Shown: one piece after another, positions 1 through 9,733 of the stretch
How the letters are laid out: the number at the start of each line of letters is the position of its first letter
Position numbering within the stretch: the stretch's first letter is position 1
Source: a virus
Taxonomy: Duplodnaviria; Caudoviricetes
IMG/VR virus record: IMGVR_UViG_3300025779_000009
Coordinates: 1 to 38,287 of that record
DNA length: 38,287 nucleotides
Direction: 5' to 3' (one strand)
Translations under genes and position numbers: made by a program
Notes under the pieces: model-generated
Told to the model about the DNA's origin: nothing
Databases searched by the model: none
What the model saw: the letters and a program-made list of their open reading frames with translations, nothing else

Positions 1-30
1 CCCCCACCGCCCGACCCGCTCCGCCCCATC

Positions 31-1374
31 GTGGCCAAGGAGAAGGGGTTTAGGTTCACCGCCAAGCAGCTTGAGGCCCAGGCGGTCGTGGCCGGTAACG
101 CCACCCACGTCATGCTGTTCGGTGGGTCCCGGTCGGGCAAGACGTTCCTGTTCGTGCGGAACGTCGTCATGCGGGCCCTCAAGGCCCCTGCCAGCCGCCA
201 CGCCATCCTCCGATTTCGCTTCAACGCTGTCAAGGCATCGGTCATCATGGACACGTTTCCCAAGGTCATGCGGCTCTGCTTCCCCGGGGTCAAGCACCGG
301 GTGGACAAGTCCGACTGGTTTGCGGAGTTCGAGAACGGCAGCCAGATCTGGTTCGGTGGTCTCGACGACAAGGAACGGACCGAGAAGATCCTAGGCATGG
401 AGTTCGTGACCATCTACCTCAATGAAGCCAGCCAGATCACCAAGTCCAGTCGTGACCTCGCCGTCACCCGTCTCGCCCAGCAGGTGGATCAAATCATCCA
501 GGGCCGCGAGCCCACCAGGATGAGGACCCGGATGTACTACGACTGCAACCCTTCATCGAAGGCCCATTGGTCCTACAACCTCTTCGTGGAGAAGCGTGAT
601 CACGAGACCAAGTTGCCGGTCAAGAACCCCGACGACTACGCCTTCTTCCAGATCAACCCAGGTGACAACACCGAGAATATCAGCAAGGATTACCTTGAGA
701 CGCTGATGAGCCTCTCGGCCCGCCACCAGAAACGGTTCCTCAAGGGGGAGTTCGCGGACGCCACCCCCAACGCCCTGTTCCACGACGAGGACTTTGACAA
801 GTGGCGGACCCAGCCTGACCAACTGCCTGACTTCATCCGGGTCGTGGTGGGGGTGGACCCCAGCGGGGCTGATGGGGATTCGCCCGACAACGACGCCATC
901 GGCATCTGTGTGGGTGGCCTTGGGCTCGACGGCAATGCGTACCTGCTTGAGGACTGCACCGTAAAGGCAGGTCCTGGGGTCTGGGGCCGTGTGGCTGTCA
1001 ACGCCTTCGACCGCCATCAAGCGAACCTCATCGTGGGGGAGCAGAACTACGGGGGTGCCATGGTGAAGCAGGTCATCATGACGGCCCGGCCAGGGACCCC
1101 ATACAAGTCGGTCAATGCGGCACGGGGCAAGGCGATCCGGGCGGAGCCGTTCAGCGCCCTCTACGAGCAGGGGCGGGTCCGGCACGTCGGTGACTACAAC
1201 GCCCTCGAGGACGAGCTGGCTGCTTTCTCGACCTCCGGGTACCTTGGTGATCGGTCCCCCAACCGGGCAGATGCATGGATCTGGGTCCTGGCTGAGCTTT
1301 TTGGGGGTATTGTGCTGCCGAAGCCCAAAAAAGAATCTTTTGTGCCTTTACCCACGGCCCATCGGTGGCGGTAG
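31..1374 (+). CDS. terL: Terminase large subunit; true start probably at 38139 across the circular junction
   Basis: Walker A GGSRSGKT, Walker B-like IYLNEASQ, motif DCNP and RNase H-like nuclease VGVDPSG...DRADA-like C-terminus. Lies between terS and portal. The frame is open from base 1. Confidence 0.92.
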   Translation: MAKEKGFRFTAKQLEAQAVVAGNATHVMLFGGSRSGKTFLFVRNVVMRALKAPASRHAILRFRFNAVKASVIMDTFPKVMRLCFPGVKHRVDKSDWFAEFENGSQIWFGGLDDKERTEKILGMEFVTIYLNEASQITKSSRDLAVTRLAQQVDQIIQGREPTRMRTRMYYDCNPSSKAHWSYNLFVEKRDHETKLPVKNPDDYAFFQINPGDNTENISKDYLETLMSLSARHQKRFLKGEFADATPNALFHDEDFDKWRTQPDQLPDFIRVVVGVDPSGADGDSPDNDAIGICVGGLGLDGNAYLLEDCTVKAGPGVWGRVAVNAFDRHQANLIVGEQNYGGAMVKQVIMTARPGTPYKSVNAARGKAIRAEPFSALYEQGRVRHVGDYNALEDELAAFSTSGYLGDRSPNRADAWIWVLAELFGGIVLPKPKKESFVPLPTAHRWR

Positions 1375-1404
1375 GCACTATAATCTACCCGGAGGTCCGA
1401 TCGT

Positions 1405-3525
1405 ATGGCACGACCGACCAATGAGTCCCGCCTGCAGGCAGTCCATGAGACGGCCCTCCGCCAATTCAACGAGATCCAGGCCACGGTCCGTGAGGAGCGT
1501 CAGCAGTGCCTGGAGGATCGCCGATTCTATTCCATCGCCGGGGCGCAGTGGGAGGGGAGCCTAGGGGAGCAGTTCGAGAACAAGCCGAAGTTCGAGGTCA
1601 ACAAGGTCCATCTGGCCGTGATCCGGATCTTCAACGAGTATCGCAACAACCGGATCGATGTGGTGTTTGTGCCGAAGGACGGGGCTGAGGATGCTGGGCT
1701 CGCCGACGTGGCTGCGGGCCTTTACCGCTCGGACGAGCAGGACAGCGCCGCCGAGGAGGCCTACGACAACGCCTTCGAGGAGGGTGTGGGCGGCGGCATC
1801 GGGGCCTGGCGGCTCAGGGCCACCTACGAGAACGAGGAGGACCCTGAGGACGAACGTCAGCGGATCCGATTCGAGCCCATCTACGACGCTGACTCCTGCG
1901 TGTTCTTCGACCTGGACGCCAAAAGGCAGGACAAGGCTGACGCGAAGCACTGCTTTGTGCTGTCATCCATGACGGTGCCCGCCTACAAGGAGGCCTACAA
2001 CGATGACCCCGCGGGGTGGCCCAAGGTCAACCTGACCGGGGGGCAGTTTGATTGGGCCACCCCCAATGTGGTCTACCTCGCTGAGTACTACAAGGTCGAG
2101 GAGGCCAAGGACATGGCGGTCACCTTCACCAGCTTGACGGGTGAGGACGAGGTCTACCTGCAGAGTGAGCTCGACGGTGACGAGGACATTGCCAAGCAGC
2201 TCCTGGCTACCGGGTGGAAGGTCACAGCGTCCAAGAAGCTCAAGACTCGGAAGATCCACAAGTACCTGATGAGTGGCGGTAAGGTCCTCGAGGACTGCGG
2301 ACGCATTGCGGGGAAGTGCATCCCGGTGGTTCCCATGTTCGGCAAGCGCTGGTTCGTGGACGGCATCGAAAGGTGCATGGGCCATGTCCGGTTGGCCAAG
2401 GACCCGCAGCGGCTGAAGAACATGCAGCTGTCCAAGTTGGGTGAGATCTCGGCCCTGTCCAGCGTCTCCAAGCCGATCCTGACGCCACAGCAGATCAGCG
2501 GTCACCAGCTGATGTGGCAGGACGACAACCTGAAGAACTACCCCTATCTGCTGCTGAACCCCATCACGGACCCCAACGGGAACGAGCTGCCGTCTGGCCC
2601 GCTGGCGTACACCAAGCCGCCGGAGATCCCACCCGCCATGTCGGCCCTGCTGCAGCTTACTGAGCAGGACATGCAGGAGATCCTTGGGAACCCCCAGGGA
2701 GCTGATAAGATGATCTCGAACATCAGCGGCAAAGCCATCGAGCTGGTGCAGACCCGCCTGGACATGCAGGCTTTCATCTACATCAGCAACATGGCCAAGG
2801 CGGTCCGCCGGTCGGGCGAGATCTGGCTTAGCATGGCCAAGGACATCTACCCCGGCGGCGAAGAGGGCCGGAAGATGAAGACCATCGGGGACCGCGGGGA
2901 GGCCGGGTCCGTGGAGATGGCCAAGCCGATCCTGGACCCAGAGACTGGCCTGGTCAAGGTCGTCAACGACATGTCCGACGCCTCGATGGACGTGGCGGTT
3001 GAGGTTGGTCCTTCCTCGATGAGCAAGCGGGAAGCCATTATCCGGAACCTGACGAACGTGATGGCTATCACCCAGGACCCTGAGACCCAGCAGGTCCTGC
3101 AGGCCATGATCATGATGAACATGGAGGGTGAAGGGATCAGTGACGTCCGTGATTACTTCCGCATGAAGCTCGTGAAGATGGGGGTCGTCAAACCCACCGA
3201 TGATGAGCAGAAGGCGATGGACGCCCTGGAGGCCCAGCAGCAGCCTGACCCTCAGGCCCAGCTTATGCAGAGCATGGCAGCCAACGAGGAGGCCAAGGCG
3301 GTCCGGGCCAAGGCCGACACCATCAAGATCGTCGCTGACACCGAGAAGGTGAAGGCTGATACGGAAAAGGTCATGTCGGCCCTGTCGATCGATGCTCAGA
3401 ACCACGCGCTCGACGTGGCTCGCCAGCTCGGTGAGGCCGTCTCAAACATAAACCAGCAAGAACCAGCACCAAGCGGGGACCAGGGGGCCGCTGCCTCCCC
3501 TGAGCAGCCAGGAATGAACCAATGA
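1405..3525 (+). CDS. P22-like portal protein
   Basis: 706 aa directly after terL with GGAGG RBS. P22-portal-like segments (GAQWEG, FEVNKV, DKADAKHCFV, SNISGKAI, DVAVEVGPS) and a Q-rich helical C-terminus. Confidence 0.88.
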   Translation: MARPTNESRLQAVHETALRQFNEIQATVREERQQCLEDRRFYSIAGAQWEGSLGEQFENKPKFEVNKVHLAVIRIFNEYRNNRIDVVFVPKDGAEDAGLADVAAGLYRSDEQDSAAEEAYDNAFEEGVGGGIGAWRLRATYENEEDPEDERQRIRFEPIYDADSCVFFDLDAKRQDKADAKHCFVLSSMTVPAYKEAYNDDPAGWPKVNLTGGQFDWATPNVVYLAEYYKVEEAKDMAVTFTSLTGEDEVYLQSELDGDEDIAKQLLATGWKVTASKKLKTRKIHKYLMSGGKVLEDCGRIAGKCIPVVPMFGKRWFVDGIERCMGHVRLAKDPQRLKNMQLSKLGEISALSSVSKPILTPQQISGHQLMWQDDNLKNYPYLLLNPITDPNGNELPSGPLAYTKPPEIPPAMSALLQLTEQDMQEILGNPQGADKMISNISGKAIELVQTRLDMQAFIYISNMAKAVRRSGEIWLSMAKDIYPGGEEGRKMKTIGDRGEAGSVEMAKPILDPETGLVKVVNDMSDASMDVAVEVGPSSMSKREAIIRNLTNVMAITQDPETQQVLQAMIMMNMEGEGISDVRDYFRMKLVKMGVVKPTDDEQKAMDALEAQQQPDPQAQLMQSMAANEEAKAVRAKADTIKIVADTEKVKADTEKVMSALSIDAQNHALDVARQLGEAVSNINQQEPAPSGDQGAAASPEQPGMNQ

Positions 3526-4373
3526 CAACCGAGTTGAAGCAAGACCAAGCCGACGACAAGGTCCTTGAGGGCACGGCCACCGACGAGAGTCCCGAAGGTG
3601 GAGCTGCTGATGAAGGTACTGAGGACGGTGAGCTGGTAGTTACAATCGGTGACTCAACGCCAGTCGACACCGAGGAAGAGGAGAAGAAGGCACCTGAGTG
3701 GGTCCGTGAGCTCCGCAAGAAAAATCGCGAGGACACTCGCAGGATCAAAGAGCTAGAAGAGAAGTTGAAGGCCACCACCGCTGAGCCCAAACCAGTCGAG
3801 CTGGCCGTGAAACCAACCCTTGCCAGCTGCGACTACGACGAGGAGGAGTTTGCAAAGGCCCTCGACGAGTGGCACGACAAGAAGCGCCAGCACGACGAGC
3901 ACGTCAAGGGGCTCCAGGATGCCGAGGCCAAGGCCACGGCTGAGTGGCAGGCCAAGCTTGACGGCTACCAGAAGGCTAAGCAGGACCTACGGCTTAAGGA
4001 CTTCGACGAGGCCGAGGCCGAGGCGAAGACCATCTTCAGCGTCACCCAGCAGGGCATCATCGTCCAGGGGGCCGAGAACCCAGCCCTCGTGGTCTATGCC
4101 CTCGGCAAGAACCCTGAAAAGGCCCAGGAGCTGGCAGCCATTAAGGATGCCGTCAAGTTCACGTTCGCCGTCGCCAAGTTGGAGGCCCAGTTGAAAGTCA
4201 GTAAGAAGTCGTCCGCCCCACCGCCTGAGGAACGCATCGCCGCTGCGCGTGGCGTTTCTGGCGCTGTGGACTCAACCCTTGACCGGCTTCGTGAAGAGGC
4301 TGCTAAGACTGGGGACTTTACTAAGGTCCACCAGTACAAGCAGAAGCTCCGCGACGCCAAAATCACCCGATAA
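3522..4373 (+). CDS. Capsid scaffolding protein
   Basis: Acidic N-terminus, coiled coil, CDYDEEEF motif and basic C-terminal helix. Located between portal and coat, with an ATGA overlap. Confidence 0.8.
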   Translation: MTTELKQDQADDKVLEGTATDESPEGGAADEGTEDGELVVTIGDSTPVDTEEEEKKAPEWVRELRKKNREDTRRIKELEEKLKATTAEPKPVELAVKPTLASCDYDEEEFAKALDEWHDKKRQHDEHVKGLQDAEAKATAEWQAKLDGYQKAKQDLRLKDFDEAEAEAKTIFSVTQQGIIVQGAENPALVVYALGKNPEKAQELAAIKDAVKFTFAVAKLEAQLKVSKKSSAPPPEERIAAARGVSGAVDSTLDRLREEAAKTGDFTKVHQYKQKLRDAKITR

Positions 4374-4382
4374 GGAACCAAC

Positions 4383-5657
4383 ATGTCCAATGCATTTTCC
4401 AAGGAAGAGCGGGTCGCCTTTGAGCAGATGCTCGAGGGCTTCCAGGACGCTCTCGTTCTCAGCCGCAACGTCAGCATCTATAACACTGACTCCAGCGAGA
4501 TGGAACGGTCCGCCAACATCATCTGGCGCCCGCAGCCCTTCGTGGCTCAGTCCTTCAGTGGCACTGACCAGACCACGAACTTCAACGACAGCATGCAGCT
4601 GGCCGTGCCTGCTACCATCGGCTTCAATCGGTCCAGCCCCTGGATCCTGTCGGCCACCGAACTCCGCGACAGCCTGAAGGAAGGCCGTCTCGGCGACGCC
4701 GCCAAGCAGAAGCTCGCCTCGGACATCAACGTGGCCCTGATGAACGTGGCCGCTGCCCAGGGTAGCCTGGTCGTTAAGCGCACCACGGCTGCCGGTGGCT
4801 TTGACGATGTGGCCCAGTGCGAAGCAATCATGAACGAGCAGGGTGTCCAGCAGTTCGACCGGTACCTCGCTCTTGGCACCCGTGACTACAACGGCGTGGC
4901 GTCTGACCTGTCCAAGGCCAGCCGCAGCTTCGATGGTCCCAAGTCGGTGAAGGCCTATGAGCGGGCCTACGTCGGCATGGTCGCCAGCTTCGAGACCTAC
5001 AAGCTGGATTACGCGAACCGCCTCCAGGCGGCCGCTGGTGGTGGTGGCATCACGATGTCCACCCTGGACGCCGCAGCCAACTACTACACCCCGAAGAGCG
5101 TCTCCGTGGCGGCCACGGGTGAGACGGCCAACGTTGACAACCGCTTCCAGACCATCACGGTCAGCAGCACCACGAACGTCGTGGCTGGTGACGCCTTCAC
5201 GGTTGCCACCCTCAACGCTGTCCACCACATCACCAAGGGCGACACGGGTCAGCTCAAGACCTTCCGTGTCATCAGTGTGCCCTCCAGCACCACGCTGGTC
5301 ATCACCCCGCCCATGATCACGGGCCAGGGCCTGACTGACCAGGAGTTGTCTTACCAGAACTGCGTCATCAACACCAAGGCCTCGAACAGTGCCCTCGTCT
5401 GGTTGAACACCGTGGCGGCCCCTGTCAACGTGTTCTGGCAGAAGGATGCTCTCGAGATTCTGCCCGGCCGGTACGCCGTGCCCACCGACGCCGGCGCCGC
5501 TGTCATGAAGGCCAGCACCGACCAGGGCATCGAACTGGTGCTGCAGAAGCAGTACGACATCAACACGATGAAGACCAAGTACCGCTTGGACACCATGTTC
5601 GGCGTGGTCAATAAGCAGCCTGAGATGAGCGGCATCATGCTCTTCTCTCAGACCTAG
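4383..5657 (+). CDS. Major capsid protein, P22 coat (gp5) family
   Basis: 424 aa. MSNAFSKEERVAFE start and RLDTMFGVVNKQPEMSG end resemble P22-type coats. Follows the scaffold gene. Confidence 0.88.
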   Translation: MSNAFSKEERVAFEQMLEGFQDALVLSRNVSIYNTDSSEMERSANIIWRPQPFVAQSFSGTDQTTNFNDSMQLAVPATIGFNRSSPWILSATELRDSLKEGRLGDAAKQKLASDINVALMNVAAAQGSLVVKRTTAAGGFDDVAQCEAIMNEQGVQQFDRYLALGTRDYNGVASDLSKASRSFDGPKSVKAYERAYVGMVASFETYKLDYANRLQAAAGGGGITMSTLDAAANYYTPKSVSVAATGETANVDNRFQTITVSSTTNVVAGDAFTVATLNAVHHITKGDTGQLKTFRVISVPSSTTLVITPPMITGQGLTDQELSYQNCVINTKASNSALVWLNTVAAPVNVFWQKDALEILPGRYAVPTDAGAAVMKASTDQGIELVLQKQYDINTMKTKYRLDTMFGVVNKQPEMSGIMLFSQT

Positions 5658-5713
5658 TCAGTTTGGAACCCGCCACCGAAACTTCCTCCTGAACTTCAAC
5701 GAAAGGATCACCC

Positions 5714-6319
5714 ATGTCCGGAATCGTTTACCCCAACGGCAGCGTCGAGATCGTCGTCGCCGCTGCTGGCTCCCTGGCCGTCTCCACGGCTCAGGACGCC
5801 AAGGTCTACCAGAAGAACCTCACCCCCAACAGCCCGAACTTCCCCACCGGCGCTGCCCTTCTTGGCACCGTCATCGCAGGCCAGACGGTCTTTGGCCCCT
5901 ACGCCAACGGCGCCACGATCATCGTGGAAGCTGGTGCGGGCCTCGTCTATTGGGCTAAGGGCGTCGCCCCCAAAGCCAAGGACTTCCTGCAGGTCAAGAA
6001 CCAACCTACGCCCGGCACCCTGAACGCCACGGGCGCACTGACCTCCGCCCTCATCGGCGGTGGGATCGTTACCTCCACGACGGCCGCAGCCGTCGTGGCC
6101 ACCCTCGACACCGGCACTGTTTCTGATGCCGCTTTCGATCTGGCCGTTGGTGATGCCTTTGACTGGTACGCCATTGCCACGGGCGCGAACAGCTTCACCG
6201 TGACCGCATCTGCTGGTCATACCATCGTCGGCTCTGGCGCGGTGGCCACCCTGACCTCCGGCCACTTCCGGACCACCAAAACCGCCGCGAATACCTTTAT
6301 CACCTACCGCGTCAGCTAG
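5714..6319 (+). CDS. Putative virion structural or capsid decoration protein
   Basis: Ala/Gly/Thr-rich beta-type 201 aa protein directly after the coat gene, with AAAGGA RBS. Confidence 0.55.
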   Translation: MSGIVYPNGSVEIVVAAAGSLAVSTAQDAKVYQKNLTPNSPNFPTGAALLGTVIAGQTVFGPYANGATIIVEAGAGLVYWAKGVAPKAKDFLQVKNQPTPGTLNATGALTSALIGGGIVTSTTAAAVVATLDTGTVSDAAFDLAVGDAFDWYAIATGANSFTVTASAGHTIVGSGAVATLTSGHFRTTKTAANTFITYRVS

Positions 6320-6331
6320 TCATGAACACCT

Positions 6332-6355
6332 GGGGAGGGTCCTCGGGCCCTCCCC
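6332..6355 (+). terminator. GC-rich hairpin; weak terminator or mRNA stabiliser after the capsid/decoration genes
   Basis: GGGGAGGGTC-CTCG-GGCCCTCCCC, a 10 bp stem with one G-U pair and only a poor U tract (GCCTTCT). Confidence 0.5.
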
Positions 6356-6389
6356 GCCTTCTAACTGATCGATCCACAAGGAGACATTC

Positions 6390-6473
6390 ATGGCCAAGAA
6401 GAGCAAGGCCCCCAAGAAGAGCCCGAAGGCTACCCCTAAGAAGGGTGGGATGAAGGGCGGCAAGAAGTGCTGA
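6390..6473 (+). CDS. 27 aa lysine-rich peptide MAKKSKAPKKSPKATPKKGGMKGGKKC (not in the ORF track)
   Basis: AAGGAG RBS at 6378-6383, ATG at 6390, TGA at 6471-6473. Fills the gap and overlaps the next start. Confidence 0.6.
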   Translation: MAKKSKAPKKSPKATPKKGGMKGGKKC

Positions 6474-6778
6474 CCGAGAATGACTTCCCACGCTGGGTCC
6501 ACGGACCTGGCAAGCAGACCAAGCTGGTCGGGTCCTTGGAGGAGCATGCCAAGGCCCTGAAGACCGACTGGTATGACACCGTCGGTGAGGTCCCTGCTGA
6601 AGCCCCCAAGGCCGAGGCGACCCTCCCCGACTACGCCGACCACGACGTACCTGACGATGAGTCGCTACCCACACGGGCAGAGCTTGAGGCCAAGGCTGCC
6701 GAGCTCGGACTTAAGTACCACCCGAACCTGAGTGACGCTCGCTTAGCCGCCCTGATTCAAGAGAACCTGGAGGCCTGA
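6467..6778 (+). CDS. Hypothetical protein with C-terminal helix-extension-helix (HeH/Rho-N-like) motif
   Basis: RAELEAKAAELGLKYHPNLSDARLAALI resembles the small HeH motifs common after phage capsid genes. Confidence 0.6.
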   Translation: MLTENDFPRWVHGPGKQTKLVGSLEEHAKALKTDWYDTVGEVPAEAPKAEATLPDYADHDVPDDESLPTRAELEAKAAELGLKYHPNLSDARLAALIQENLEA

Positions 6779-6779
6779 C

Positions 6780-7259
6780 ATGGGTTACACCAAGCGCAAC
6801 TTCGTGGAAGGGGCCTACGAGGAGCTGGGGATCGCCAGCTACAACTTTGACCTCCAACCGGAGGACCTCGAATCCGCGATGAGGCGCTTGGACGCCATGA
6901 TGGCCGAGTGGAACGCCAAGGGGATACGCCTGTCCTACCCCATCCCTGGTAACCCCAAGGATGGGGACCTGGATGAACCCACCAACGTCCCCGACAGTGC
7001 CTACGAGACGATCATCACGAACCTCGGCATCCGCATCGCCCCGCAGCTGGGCAAGACGGTCGCTATCGAGACCAAGACGACCGCCAAAGCTGGCTATAAC
7101 ACCTTGCTGGCACGGGCCTGCTTCCCGCCCGAGATGCAGTTCCCCCGGACGACCCCATCAGGGGCGGGCAACAAGCCACGCCGAACGAGTGGAACGTTTC
7201 TGCCTAAGCCTACTGACGACCTCGACGCTGGTTCTGACAGCGCCATCACCTTTGAATAG
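6780..7259 (+). CDS. Head-tail connector, P22 gp4-like packaged DNA stabilisation protein
   Basis: LQPEDLESAMRRLDAMMAEW...GIRLSY and PSGAGNK motifs, about 160 aa, and synteny. Confidence 0.8.
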   Translation: MGYTKRNFVEGAYEELGIASYNFDLQPEDLESAMRRLDAMMAEWNAKGIRLSYPIPGNPKDGDLDEPTNVPDSAYETIITNLGIRIAPQLGKTVAIETKTTAKAGYNTLLARACFPPEMQFPRTTPSGAGNKPRRTSGTFLPKPTDDLDAGSDSAITFE

Positions 7260-7268
7260 GATGGATCT

Positions 7269-8318
7269 ATGACCACTATTAACCAGCTCTCACAGGTTCA
7301 GAGCCTGTCTGCGGCCGATCAGCTGGTGGTGTGGTCCGCCGCCAACGGTGACAGCCGCAAGGCATCTATGTCAGTGCTCATGGACTTCATCCAAGCCACC
7401 TTCGCGGATCCAGTTTACACGACGGTCATCACAGCGCCTACCGTGAGTGGGTTCAACCTGCTGATGTCTGGGTACGCTACCAACGTTTGGGAGATCCTCA
7501 ACCCAACCGGAACCTTTGCGGCCGGTACGGTCACGCTGCCCCCACCTGCAAGTTGCTTTGATGGTCAGCAGGTTGCGGTCTGCACCAGCCAAACGATCAC
7601 CACTTTCACGCTGGCTGGGAACGGATCAACCTTGGTCGGTGCTCCGACCTCATTAGGCGCCGGTGGCTTCTTCGTGATGCGGTTTAACGCGCTCCAGAAG
7701 TGCTGGTACTGCGTGAGTCAGACTGTCGGTCCTAACCCAGCGTTCGCCACGGTGGTGCTCACTGGCAGCATCAACGACTCCAACGGCAACGAGCTGCTTA
7801 AGGTGGTTTCAACTGTGTCAGCCGTGAATGAACTCACGGCCACGAACGCTGCAGCAGGTGGTGCCCCTAGCCTGAGTGCCACTGGCAACGACACAGACAT
7901 CTCCATCAACCTAATTCCGAAGGGTGCTGGGGTCCTTAAGGCCAATGGGGTCCCGGTGCTGGCTAGCAACGTGGCAGCGTGGTCAGCGTTCTTGACGACC
8001 CCGAGCAGCGCCAACCTCCTGGCACTTCTGACAGACGAGACTGGCACTGGTGCTAATGTATTCGCAATTTCGCCGACCCTCGTCACCCCGATCTTAGGAG
8101 TAGCTTCTGCCACCTCGGTCACGGCATCTAGTTTCGTCAAGATCACGGGGTGCGCGGTGGCCGCGCTTCCACTGGCCGCCACGGCTGGTGCGGGGGCCAG
8201 GGCCACGGTGACCGACGCCAACGCGACCCTCACAGCGGGCATTGGTGCGATCGTGGCGCCTGGTGGCGCCAACATTGTACCGGTCTTCTCTGACGGTACC
8301 AACTGGCGTATTGGGTAG
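7269..8318 (+). CDS. Putative fibre or accessory virion protein
   Basis: Gly/Ala/Thr-rich and ends VPVFSDGTNWRIG. Lies between the gp4- and gp10-like genes. Confidence 0.55.
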   Translation: MTTINQLSQVQSLSAADQLVVWSAANGDSRKASMSVLMDFIQATFADPVYTTVITAPTVSGFNLLMSGYATNVWEILNPTGTFAAGTVTLPPPASCFDGQQVAVCTSQTITTFTLAGNGSTLVGAPTSLGAGGFFVMRFNALQKCWYCVSQTVGPNPAFATVVLTGSINDSNGNELLKVVSTVSAVNELTATNAAAGGAPSLSATGNDTDISINLIPKGAGVLKANGVPVLASNVAAWSAFLTTPSSANLLALLTDETGTGANVFAISPTLVTPILGVASATSVTASSFVKITGCAVAALPLAATAGAGARATVTDANATLTAGIGAIVAPGGANIVPVFSDGTNWRIG

Positions 8319-8322
8319 TCCA

Positions 8323-9732
8323 ATGAGCCAAATCCCCATCCTTAGTGGGATCTACACCGATGAGCACTCAGAGCTTCGGTCGTCATACCCCATCAACCTG
8401 GTCCCAGTTCCTAAGGACAACGGCATCAGCCAGGGCTACCTGCGCCCGGCTGATGGCATCGTCCAGAACGGAACTGGACCGGGGGTCGGGCGTGGTGGGA
8501 TCAACTGGAACGGCCGCTGCCACCGGGTCATGGGCACCAAGTTGGTTGGGGTAGGACCTTCGGGAAACACCCAGGTGCTGGGGTTCGGTGACCTCTCAGG
8601 GGTTGAGCAAGTTTCGATGACCTACAGCTTTGACCGTCTTGCGATCGCAGCAGGTGGCAAGCTCTATTACTGGGACGGGGCTACCTTGTCACAGGTGACC
8701 GACCCGGACCTAGGCGTGGTGAAAGACGTCATCTTCATCGGTGGTTACTTCATGACCACGGACGGCACGAGCATTATCGTCACTGAGCTCACGGACCCCT
8801 TCAGTGTGAACCCACTGAAGTACGGGTCCTCTGAGGCGGATCCTGACCCCATCATGGCATTGAAAAAGCTCCGCAACGAGGTCTACGCGGTCAACCGCTA
8901 CACCATCGAGGTCTTTGACAACGTGGGCGGGTCACTGTTCCCGTTCCAAGTTGTCCCAGGCGCCCAGATCACCAAGGGCTGTGTGGGCACGCACGCCTGC
9001 TGCGTCTACCTAGATGCCATCGCGTTTGTGGGTGGCGGCCGAAATGAACCGCCGGGGATTTATGTTGGGGTCAATGCTACGGCCACCAAGATCAGCACCC
9101 AGGAGGTCGACACCATTCTGGCGACGTTTACTGAGGACCAACTCTCAAAGGTCGTGCTTGAGGCTCGTATCGATCGAAACAATCACTACCTGCTGGTCCA
9201 TCTGCCTGACCGCACCCTGATCTTCGATGGTGTTGCCGGTGAGGCGGCCGGGGGCCCCATCTGGTTCGTGCATGTGACCGCGGTATCTGGGTTCAGCCAG
9301 TACCGGGCGCGTAATTTTGTATGGTGCTATAACCAATGGTTAGTTTCCGACCCTCAGTCGACCGCGGTGGGTTATATGACCCAAAACGTAGGTTCACACT
9401 GGGGCCAGAAGGTCTACTGGGAGTTTGGAACAATCATTGTCTACAACAACGGCAACGGGGTCATCTTCACAGAACTTGAGTTGGTATGTCTGCCTGGACG
9501 AATGATCTTGGGTGACAAGCCCAAAGTAAGCACATCCTACACCCTCGATGGTGAGACCTGGAGTCAAGAGCGGTACATCGGGGTCAGTAGCCGTGGAGAT
9601 CGGAATGCGCGTCTGGTGTGGCGTAAGCAGGGCTTGACCCAGAACTGGCGGGTCCAGCGGTTCCGTGGGGACAGCTCAGCGCGGTTGTCGTTCATTCGTC
9701 TTGAGGTTCAGCTCGAACCTCTGGCGGTGTAA
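8323..9732 (+). CDS. Tail hub, P22 gp10-like packaged DNA stabilisation protein
   Basis: Start MSQIPILSG at 8323, YPINLVPVPK..SQGYLRPADGI, GSSEADPDPI, about 470 aa beta-propeller-like. Confidence 0.82.
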   Translation: MSQIPILSGIYTDEHSELRSSYPINLVPVPKDNGISQGYLRPADGIVQNGTGPGVGRGGINWNGRCHRVMGTKLVGVGPSGNTQVLGFGDLSGVEQVSMTYSFDRLAIAAGGKLYYWDGATLSQVTDPDLGVVKDVIFIGGYFMTTDGTSIIVTELTDPFSVNPLKYGSSEADPDPIMALKKLRNEVYAVNRYTIEVFDNVGGSLFPFQVVPGAQITKGCVGTHACCVYLDAIAFVGGGRNEPPGIYVGVNATATKISTQEVDTILATFTEDQLSKVVLEARIDRNNHYLLVHLPDRTLIFDGVAGEAAGGPIWFVHVTAVSGFSQYRARNFVWCYNQWLVSDPQSTAVGYMTQNVGSHWGQKVYWEFGTIIVYNNGNGVIFTELELVCLPGRMILGDKPKVSTSYTLDGETWSQERYIGVSSRGDRNARLVWRKQGLTQNWRVQRFRGDSSARLSFIRLEVQLEPLAV

Positions 9733-9733
9733 G

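Noticed and set aside
1963-3405. 480 aa antisense ORF, and similar long shadow ORFs such as 4272-5228, 22301-23233 and 27588-28244
   Set aside because: They lie opposite well-supported genes. GC-biased codon usage leaves the antisense frame stop-poor, and they show no motifs.
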